From Tricharina praecox (lineage: Eukaryota): a stretch of DNA of 64,000 nt. Under the pieces are notes generated by a model that saw nothing but the letters and a program-made list of their open reading frames with translations, did not search any database and had not been told where the DNA came from. Positions 12,881 to 23,616 of this stretch are shown one piece after another; the stretch's first letter is position 1; each line of letters begins with the position of its first letter. The stretch is taken from contig NW_026250413.1 in the NCBI RefSeq assembly GCF_024521635.1, positions 434,001 to 498,000 of the forward strand, in the 5' to 3' direction. Made by a program: the position numbers and the translations under genes.

Positions 12881-14586
12881 TCAGTTGTAGCCGTTACCAC
12901 CCAAGCCCACCAACTTGGCGCCGTTGATGACCTTCAGCTCCTGCTCGATCTGTCCGTTACCAAACACGATCGGCCTGTTCCAGTACCACCACGGCGCCCA
13001 GTCTCCAGCGGTCTGGTCGTTCTTCGCCTTCTTGAAGGCCTCGAACTCGACCCTCATGATTTCCAGATGCTGGAACGCTTCGTCGCGGCTCATCGGCACT
13101 CGCATGATGACGCCGTTCTCGAACACGGGGAAATCGATGGTAGTGCCTTGCGGTGCCGTGTCCCAGAAGCCCTTCGTCGTCGCCTCATTCCACTCCGCGT
13201 CAGCCTGGGCGTCGATCATGTGCTGCGGCACGGTGCGCTCCTTCTCGAGCCAGCGCCAGTACGCGGCCGCCCACTCGGTGGTGCGGGTGACGAACTGGGC
13301 GTCGAACTCGCTCGGCCCGCGGCCGCGCATGGACGCATCGCGAATGAGGACGAGGTACGTCTTCCACGCACGGTGGGCATCGACGAGTCGGCAGTCAACC
13401 CAGCCGTTGTGGAACTTGTCGTCGAGCGTGCGGGTCTGGCCGAGATCGCCGAGGATGATCTCGTGCAGGCCGTTGCGCAGGAAGAGGTTGTCGATCTTGA
13501 TGTCGTCGTGGCAGAAGCCCGTGTTGTTGAGCAGTGGGTCCTGCGTCGTGTGCATGCGTGCCAGACCCTCGAAGACGGTGCGGTATCGCGGCCGGTACAG
13601 GAAGTCGATGGCCGTGGTGGACATGTTGAGGTATGAGAGGGCCTCGGTCGGGGAGTCGAGGGCACCGCCGTAGAGCGGCAACACCATCTTCCAGAGGAGC
13701 GGACGGGACTTGTCGGTGCTGTTGCTGGGAACGTAGAATGCATCTATGGCGTGAGTTGTGAGATCCTCGCCGGTGAGGGAACTGGAGTCGTTGTTGTAGC
13801 GGCGCAGGGTCGCATTGATGTCGCAGGGCCATTTAGTGTCGGTGATGTTGTGTTCATAGTACAGACGATCCGACACTCTCCGTGGTGCCAGCTGCATGCA
13901 AGTTGTGGAGAAGAAGGTCTTGATGATTACCGTCTTCTTTGTGCGTTGGCACGTGTAGACGTCGGCTTGACCTTCGTATCCACGGCCCAGCCGCCTATGG
14001 TAGACATAATCGGGCTCAAAATCCTTTGAAGTCTCGTTGATGATGCGGACAATCTTATGGTCCGGGGATAATAACTATGACAGGAAACGAAAGAAAAGAA
14101 ACCGTCAGTCATTGTTGGACCACAGATGGTACAAAAGTTCTGTGTTCCCACCGCCGCCGCCACCACCGCCACCACCACAACGTCCAGTGGTACGCATGTT
14201 ACCACGCCAGCAACTCGGCCAGAATATGGTCAAATAGCCGCTATGGATAGAAAAAACAATCGTCTCCGGATCAGACTACCGATTTGATGGGGGGTATGGG
14301 GGGGTGCAGACGGGGTTGAACTGTCGGGGGAAGGAAGCTGATATGTACTTACGTTGTCGAGCGTCAACCTGGAAGTCTCCATGGACGGAGCCTGCTTGAA
14401 GACCTGAATCTTCCCATATCCGTACCCCCTCAACAAGGAGGCGGAGGGAGATGAGGACGAGGATACATGGATCAAGAGAAGAAAGACTATGAAAGCGCCG
14501 GCGAAGATGAAGGAACGACGCCGTTTCGCCGACATGAGGCCGCTCATGCACGAGCGCTGCTTTTTGTTGAAATCGTGGACACCCAT
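12881..14586 (-). CDS. Protein kinase-like protein with N-terminal signal anchor (~475 aa, candidate secretory-pathway kinase)
   Basis: Exon 1 14586-14353; intron 14352-14075 (GTAAGT...CTGAC...TCATAG, phase 0); exon 2 14074-12881. Motifs LGRGYEGQADVY (G-loop), VIIK, CHDDIKIDN and GDLG. Hydrophobic segment FIFAGAFIVFLLLIHV follows KRRR. Confidence 0.8.
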
Positions 14587-16578
14587 TATGTACGAAAAGG
14601 ACTGACGGACGAACGAACGAGCGAACGATACAGGAACGAATGAGAGTGAGCCCCGAACAGAGGGGTAGTGGGTGGTCGATTGATCTTCGAGATGGCCGAA
14701 AGTACACGGTCAGGAAAAGTCGAATCGTCCACGGGAAGGAGAAGGAGAAGGAGAAGAACTTGGGCTGTCCGTCAGGCGCTGCTGCAAACCTTCGATTGGA
14801 GTGGGGCGACACAGAGCAAGTGGTGGGGGGAGCGGTCTTCAATATAAACAACCAGAGTAGCCGACTCACGATTCCGTCAGCTGGCTCGGCCACCAGCACC
14901 ACCACCACCAACCCTGCTGCTGGGCCGATCGAGACGGCAGCTAAAGTGTAGCTAGTGGATATCACGCTGCTGGAGAAGAATTCCTTCCCCTAGGTGCTGC
15001 CGAGGGGGGAGAGACCCCATGTGCAGAGTTCCCCTTTCTGGACTGATGTGTCTGTATAGTTGGTTACTCTACTCCAACTAGTACCTACCTCGCGAGCAAC
15101 GATCGGTAGGTGGCGGAAAGCAATTCGCTGGGCGTCGCTAAGAGTCCAGTTACGTTCCTCGCCGGGAAATCTCTCGCATGACACCCTTCCGTTCAGGTGT
15201 TCAGGTACGGACAGCAGCACAGCTGCGGGCCAATAAGGGCCGCTGGACAGTGGAAGGGCCTGGTTTCCGTGTGAAGTCGGTCAAGCCATCGCGCCTGCCA
15301 AGGCGCCAAGGCGCTTGTGTCAAGATGAACAACACGGAGCTTCCTCTTGTTGCAAACTTGCATTTTTGTGTGTGCCTCGAGCCCTTGAAAAAGCATCGTG
15401 AGATTGCGCTTGCGAGATGGTTATGGCTGGCTGGAGCCTGGTATGGCATGACATGGCTGGCCCTAGGCCGACCGCCGTGGAAGCGAACAGAAGCACCACC
15501 GTGTACGAGCACGCGATCTCCCGAGTCCCTATCGAAACAAGGCTGTATCTTGAGCAATAAGTCAGGCATCTGGGCCCAGACCAACGCGGCAACAACAGCC
15601 TCCTCCGCAGCCTCCTCACTATGTTCTGCTGACTAGTAGTATCGGTATCGTCGCTACTCGGAAAAGTTGTCAGCTGTCGTTTGCGGCGCCGTGCAATAAT
15701 CAGCGTCCCGGCTGCGTGCTGCTGCGACGCCTCGCACGTCAGATTTACTCCATCCGGGAGAGGAGAGCAGAGTGGGAGTGGGTTAGCGTCGTGCCGCCCA
15801 TGTCTAACGGCCATCCTTTGGACCTATGAGTAGAGTGGAGTGGGGTTCACTTGGTATGTAAGTGCTCGTGGTGGCAGCTGGGCGTGAAGTTTTCAAACAT
15901 GCAGCTAATTCCTTGGCCTTATCCTGAGGCCTTTCCCTAGGGAGTGCCCAAATATTTAAGCAGTTTCTCATCCAGAATTTGCCGTTCACGCAAAGATTTG
16001 CACGTCTCGGAAATCCTTCGCGCTAAGACGGTTCGAAAACTCTATGCCGACCTCGAGTAGAGTACTCACACATGTGCTTGGGTTGGTGGCGCCAGAAGCC
16101 CACCGAGACGAGACGCCCTGGCACCTGCAGGCTCCTTGCGCTGTCCTGTCCTGTGACTCCTGTGCTGTTCTATCCCGTCTTATCTGCCTCTCCACAATAG
16201 GGGGCAGGCAATCAGTTGCAATCAGCCTAATCGGTCGGATTTGAGTGGTGGTTCTTGCCGACAAGACGTTCGGCCGGCCTTGGTTTTCCATGGACGGGCC
16301 CTCGGTCAGTCAGTCGCGCCCGCCCGCTGTCTTGGGTCCTGTGAAATCCCTGCTAACTAGGTATAGTAACCAAGCAGTTGTTGATCCCATCCAGATTCGA
16401 GCTCTTGGTTACCCAGTTGTCACCTTGAAGTCGAAAGGCGAGTGGAGATTCGAGAACCATGAAATCTACCAGCCACTGACCGATAGGTATGATACTATAG
16501 TTATATCTACCTCGTACCTATCTATGCGGTCAGCCACACATTCCAATTTCTGATCACTGGTTACTGGCAGGTACTCTA

Positions 16579-18037
16579 ACCCTAGGGTACAAGCAATGCG
16601 TTGATCACGCGTTTATCGCATCCGAAATGTCGTAAAATACGTTACAAAGCTTTAGTGACAGATACACACCGTGAAAATTGCGCTATTGTCAAAAAATGCG
16701 TGAATTCTGCCAAGTTTTACTCTCTAAACTTTAAAGGTAGACGGGGAGTAGCTTTGAGAAGGAAAGTTGTTGTATTAGTCTTTGTTACGTACAAGTGTCA
16801 TCCAGGAAGCATTGGAAGAGTCAATCAACCCACACACAGGGAATGACTCTAGTCAATGAATGAATGACTCTAGTTAATAATCAGGAATGACTCCAGTCAC
16901 CGAGTAGGAATGACTGAGTAAACCAATAAAAACCCGACCTCGACGATCTGTGGAAGTTCATGTCGACAGTGCGATGATTGGCCTTCGCGATGCGCATCAC
17001 GGTGATGTTGGAGTACTCCTGTCTAGGTATACTGCCGCCGTGCTCTGCGCTCTCTCTCATCACCATCATCATCACCACATCCACCACCGGTGAGGCTCTT
17101 TTGGTGAAGCACCGGCGGCGGTAGGCCATCGTGGTTAAGTTTGTGGCCTCGTCACCTAGTTTTCTGGCCTCGTCACCTAGGTTTGTGGCCTCGTCACCAA
17201 GAAGTTAAACTCGTTATCACAACGTGTCCTTTTATACACTCTCTCTTTTACTTCTGTATCGTGCGCTGTCTTTACATCACCGTCAATACATACACTCACA
17301 TCAACACTGTGCCAATCTTCTCCAGGTCGACCGGCGTGGCGAGGATGGGAGCACACACAGAGGAGAGAGCGGAGTTGGGAGGTTAACCGTCTATTCGATA
17401 GATGATGATCAAGAAAGAAGAAGAAAACCCGTGGGTGACAGCCCAAGTCCCTCCCTCCTCATTTGGCCGACCCCCCAATGCCCACCAAAGTTGATGCCCA
17501 CTACTACCACATTCGTTTCCTCTCGCTGATAGCTCCACTCACAGACAGCTCCTGCTCACCAACTTGGCTGGCAGCCGGCATAGGACAGCAAGAATAGCGC
17601 CGAGGATGGCTACGGCACTGGCGACGAAAATGTGCTATCCGCCGAGACGGGTGGAGTGTGGTATCCATGGCGGGGAGAGTCTGCTATCAGCGGCGGCGAG
17701 AGTACGGTGTGCAGCGAGGCAACTGTAGGAAGGCATGGGAGAACAAGGCGAATAGTACCACGGAATCATGTGTATAACGCATTTGATAGCACTGCAAATT
17801 ACATAAAAGAACGCATTTGATAACATTGCAAATTACCTACACAAACGTGTTTTACAACCCAACGCATTGCAAAACGCATTGCAAAAAGCATTTCAAAACG
17901 CATTGCAGACGCACTGCAGACGCATTGCAGACACATTGTAAACGCATTGTAGACGCACTGCAAAACGCATCGAAAAACCCATTAAAAACCCCATTCTCCT
18001 GCAATGCGTATTTGACGCATTGCTTGTACCCTAGGGT
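16579..18037. mobile_element. Non-autonomous TIR DNA transposon (~1.45 kb)
   Basis: Perfect 23 bp inverted ends ACCCTAGGGTACAAGCAATGCGT / ACGCATTGCTTGTACCCTAGGGT. Subterminal ACGCATTGCA repeats at 17861-17970. No transposase ORF. Confidence 0.8.
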
Positions 18038-18295
18038 AGTCGACACGATTCGATATCAACTCCGAAGGCCTCTGCTTAACCACTGTACTTACCTACCGGT
18101 ATTTGCTGTCATGCCCCTATGGTTACAATAAATTGTCGTCAACATTCGATTCTTGAGCGCCACTGTTGATCCCCCGTCAAAAACGACCGACCGAACGAAC
18201 GAGCGGACGTTCTCCGATGGTTCTTATCGAGCGTCTCATGAGGGACCTAAGAACGGATGTGGTCAAATAAAACGGATCAATTGAAAAGGAGGTCT

Positions 18296-18296
<1 letters not shown>

Positions 18297-18331
<35 letters not shown>
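18297..18331. repeat. (GAT)n microsatellite
   Basis: About 11 GAT units. Confidence 0.9.
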
Positions 18332-20972
18332 TCTGTTGTTTTGAACAAGAGACGGACCGACAAGACGAACAACAGAAAAGCCACAACAGAAAGCATTTCA
18401 ACGTTCAAACGACCGCATCATGTCTACCCTCCATAACGAATGGGTAGGTCCCACCAGGTCCCAACAAGGTCTCTCCTCCCAAATACAAGGTCTCAACAAG
18501 GTCTCCTTCTCCCTCCGGTGCAGGTATGTACTAAACATACACATGTAATGGCACCGAGCCTACAATACCGTCACGGCCTGAATTGGGGGTGTATCCGAAT
18601 GGGCAGCAGGAGGACGGACGGACGGATGTGGATTTCCGGACTCCGGTACGGTTCTCCTGACTCGATACTCAATATTCGATACATACATGCCCACCGGCTG
18701 CCGTGAGACCGCTCCGCCCGCCCCATAAGTGCCCCTGCATATAGATGCACCCACCTACTAGTAAGCACTCTATCCAGCACCAGTTGCTCACCCCGAAGCT
18801 CACCGGTCAGTCGGTCAGTCGGCAACTGGAGATTTTCATCACCAACGCCCGAAACCCGGTGAAGCCTCGACACCCTCGACACCCGCAGTCACCGTAGAGT
18901 ATATAACTAGTACATACATAGTAGCTTCCTTGCCGCCTTCCCACCGGCTGGTTATCGTACATAAGCGGAAATTTTGCTCCATATGGAAGCATATAGCCAT
19001 CCAAGTCTTTGGCTGCTCTGTGCTCACTGGGATGTGGGAACGCAAGGTATGCCATGGTCAGTAGGTACCGTACTCTACTATACACCATGTACATACGTGT
19101 TTCACAAGCCACAATCCGTCACGACCGGCCACAATCCATCACGGAGCCAAATCGGTGCGCAACTGCGGACTGCGGACTTGGCAGCCACCACTGACCAGCA
19201 TCGCCAAAATGGCCATCCCGAATATTCCAAAATTCCAGATAACTGGACTCTGAATTTCAGACCCAAGAAACAATTCGTTCGGCGCCGAGCGGGGACCTAG
19301 ATTCTGCTATATATACTAGCTCCCCAGGCCCAATGCCCATCGGATCCGGACACCCTATTTCAGGCGCACTCGAGTCTGGGCGCGCTTGGAATGCGCGCCG
19401 CGGCAACTGCTCCGCCTCCCATAAAGCTTGGCTGCGGGCGGGCGGGCGGCGCCAATGTTTCCTCTCCCAATGGAACGGAAGATGGGTTGGGTGGGGTTGG
19501 GTCACGGAAATTGGTAACGCAGTGGTCGGTCGCGTTCGCCGCGCAACGTCAGGAAACACTACCTACTTGGCTGGCGGGAAAGGTCGGACGAATCACGGGG
19601 CTCGAGTGTCGCAGTGACGACGACGATGGTGATGATGATGGTGGTGGTGGTGGTGCATCGCTCTGGCCGCTGGAGGGGTCGGTTTGTTTGTTGGCTGGAA
19701 CATCTGTCTTGGTGTCATACCAGCGTTAGATATTCTATTCCTATGTGCATAGAGTACTCGGTCACTTCAAAAGTGACCGGATCCGCCAGTAAATATGGGG
19801 CTGATCAGCGCCCCAACGGCCAACGCTGTGTCGCTCACTAGTTAGTGTGTCCGGGAGTAGATATATGCATATTCTCCACGGCGGCAGGACCGAACAACAT
19901 CCAGCATTTTAGGTTTTAACCTACATTTGTTTCTTTCAGACCTCCTCCTCTTCTTCCACGGCCACCGCCGAAGGGATCAAGGCTGTTCTGCATTCTACGG
20001 ACCCACACAGTGACAGTGACAGTGCCACTCGACCTCAACGTCTCAGTACTCTAGTTAGTATCTATTCTTGCATATCCAGCTCTATGGAAAAAAAACCACC
20101 ACGAAGAGCTATTCACGTCATGTAACTCTATCGGGCGAATCCGATTGCGTGCTCACGATGAACCCGAGTGGAGTGCCAGCGGAGTCCATCCTAGGACTGA
20201 CACTATCTAGAATCTAGATATTCCTACGCGGCGATCCATCGATCTACATATTTACGTACTAACGGCGGCATGTCCGTCGCTACAGTTCTGGGCTGCATAT
20301 GTTTCCACCTCCTCTTTCTCTGTGGCCACCGTTGAATGGAGTGACTCGGCCAAGGCTCGTATTTCACTCTTCCCGTTCTATTATTGAAAATCTCTTAAAC
20401 ATAGTAGATATTTCGATTCGACTTCGACATCTGAGTACATACCGTAACGCACTGCTAAGTCCTAAACATGTATGCATGCCTACGTGGGGATCAACGTTTC
20501 ACTCGTCGGTTCCTATTCCTCTCTCTCTATCCGCTGCGTCCCGAGTGGTGGTATCCCATGATCATCGCATCGCCGTCTTGTCCTCTACACTGCCCCCAGT
20601 GTGCAGCGGCTTCATCCATTGATTGGATTTGCGTTCGCATCCATATGCACCACTGAGTACTAAGCTCTGCTTCCATTCGTCCGGAAGTTTTGGTATGGAC
20701 GTGACCGCAATATGTACACACGTGGTGGACGCCGGCCACGGCTTGGTGCGGGCTTCGAATCCGATCGAGCCCATCCATTCTTCGGTATTCCTCAGCCTGC
20801 CGTTTGATCGTCGGACTTGCCCGGGCAGAATCGCTAAGGCAGACAGATATAGACTTCCAATGCACGAATGAGGCCCTCGAACCACCAGAGGATATCACGA
20901 TTAACATTGCGTGGCTAGTGAAATACACCTAAAAGGCTGAAAGCATAATCTATTTCCAGCTACATCTAGGTA

Positions 20973-23285
20973 CTGTGCCAAAAAATAGTAGAAATTGACA
21001 CGGTATTAATGAAGTATCAGACCCGACACCATGTCAGTAGGGTGATCTACCAACCACTCGTGCAAACTCAAATGCTTAAAATTACAGACTGCGGTGTTTG
21101 AGCAAATCCGGTGTAAACCTCGTGTTTCTAGCGTGAACTTCGTGTTTTTGACAACCGGTATCCTGCTTCAAAACCGATTTGCGTGAATCCTTAGCCAACA
21201 CCCAAGGAACACGGATTTGTACTTATTCCGCAGTTGATCATCGCCCCTTTGCATGAACATGAATAAGAATACGAAAGAAATAGCGGCAGAGACACCACAT
21301 TAATCCCGAGCAGCTATGGTACCAAACACTAATACGGTAGGCAAGAGGGGGATCTCCAGGGCGATACCACAGCAGCTAGTAGGGGGTCTCCATAGCCACT
21401 CCATGGCAGCGAAAGGGGGGGTCTCCGGTACGTCTTTGGAGCTACTCCCGTGCTGCCTACATGGCAACAAGAGGGGCATCTCCCGGACAAGACCATCGCC
21501 GCCACGGATACTACTACACCATTGTTTCCGCGGATACTCCTACACCACCGTTGCCGTGGATTCCACGCTGTCACCAGCGGTGGGGGGTCCAGCGTTGGTA
21601 GCCAGCACCAGCGATGCGTAGTTGAGCGGTGCCGTTTGCTGTCATAGCCGTCGGCCTCTGTCCCCCCGCCCCCCCTCCTCTCTTCTTCTCCTTCTTCTTC
21701 TTCCTCTTCTTCTTTTCTTTCATCCCATCACCAGCATCATCCAGATAGACGCTCAACCCTACCACCTTCTCTTGTGAGTACTCCTTCCCTACTACTACTC
21801 TCCCTACCGGCACCACCGCGGATAACGTCTCCTCCTACTGCTTCCACGACTAAGAGAGCAGACGAGGCGCAGGACCCTCAAATTTTGATGTTCCCTACTA
21901 ACCACATCCGCTTCCTCCCGCCAACACAAACCCTCCATCACTTCCTCTTCTCGCATATTCGCAGTCACGATGCATCACTCCCATGACTCCCCTTCTGCGC
22001 TCGACCTTAACGTTTAGCGGCGCCAGCTCTACGCCGCATAGCTCCTCCTTCTCTCGCTGACAGTTTCTTTTCCTCTCGCTGACAGTTCCTTTCTTCTCGC
22101 TGATATCTCCTCCTGTTCTCACCAACAGTCCCTCCAACACTTCCTCTTTTAACAGATATCTCTACCTACTCTCGCTGACAGCTCCTCCTCCTCTCGCTGA
22201 TATCTCCTCCTTCTCTCATCTATAGCCCCGCCACAACCCCCTGCGGATACAGCACTGGCTGCCGTGTGAATGCTGTCTCTCACTAGTAAGTACTGCTCCT
22301 CGCCCTGCCGGCACCACCGCGGATATTGTCTCCTCCTGCTGCTCCTCTCCCTCCTGGACCGTTTTGGGGCGGTAACACTTCCTTTTCTTAGGGACAGCTC
22401 CTCAGTCGCTCATCACAAACCGCCGCGGATACTCTATCTCTCCACCTACGGCTCCTTGCCCTGCTGGACCGGCCGCTAATATAACGGTGTGAATATTGTC
22501 TCTCCCTACTAGTAAGTACTGCTCCTCGCCCTTTTGGACCCACTGCCGATGCCATCTTCCCCCTACTACTACTCATGCTACTGGACATGCTAACGTCTAC
22601 TGTAGATGCCACAAATGTTCGAAGATAGCTAAGTGCGTAGTAACGATGGGGAGTGGATTTCCAGGAATTCCATGAATTTGGGGTCGAGCCAGATCCTGTA
22701 GCAAATAGAAATTAAAATAGGACATCAATTCAAATATAAAGTCCATCTGTATACTAGTGTAGACCTTGCAACTGGGACCTGTATTAACACTCATTTTTTC
22801 GAATTCTGATTTACTTATGTACCCACTAAAACGAGTAGATTACGGATTGGTACCGGAAGCATCCAGTATTATTTTCTGACACTCGTTTGTAATAATGCTG
22901 CATGATAGAAGACATGGGATCAACACGGTATACCTTTTGTGATTTCTTCAACACGGATTTATTGAAGTACGGTAGCAACACCAGGCTGACACCGGATTAA
23001 ATCAAAAATTTGAGTTTCATGATCTCGGTGTTTCTTCGGTGTTGATCCGGTAATGATCTAGATATAAATTTGTTGAAATCCGTCATGGACCCCGTGTAGA
23101 CCCCACAATCATAAAAATAAAGAGTTTCTTGCAAGTGGTATCGAAAATAGATACCGAACCTGAACAAATTATAATTTGCATATGCACCGGATTAATACGA
23201 GGTTTAGTCTAAATGCCTGGAAAAAAAATATTCCGTATAGACATGGTGTAAATCCAGTGTCAATTTCAACCCTTTTTTGGCACAG
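20973..23285. mobile_element. Non-autonomous TA-flanked TIR element (Tc1/mariner-like, ~2.3 kb)
   Basis: TA|CTGTGCCAAAAAATAGTAGAAATTGACAC ... GTGTCAATTTCAACCCTTTTTTGGCACAG|TA: ~29 bp imperfect TIR with TA on both sides. AT-rich subtermini, internal degenerate repeats, no recognisable transposase. Confidence 0.78.
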
Positions 23286-23616
23286 TATATACATGCTCAA
23301 TCCTATCTTCCCCGCTTCCCTACGATAAACCTAGTCCTAAACTCTTATTTGCTTCCTAAAGCTAGAGCATGTACACTCGCCTGCGCTCCGTAATCCAAAC
23401 CCAAAGGCCGGTTGAGCGGTAGGCAGACTCATGCGCCTGGCAGGCGTGTTGCTTTGGATCAACGGTTCTTCCTCCGGTGGTGACGGAGCCTGAGAACCCG
23501 GAATCACTCCAAAGTTTCGGAGCTCGAAGTATCTATCGAACGATTCGGAATCGTCCATGAAGCGCCATTCGAGTGATGGCAGCGGCAATCACTCATGATT
23601 CATCACTTCGCACTCC

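Noticed and set aside
19190-19525. Possible hAT-like inverted ends (cagcatcgccaa / ttggtaacgcag)
   Set aside because: Too degenerate and no TSD.
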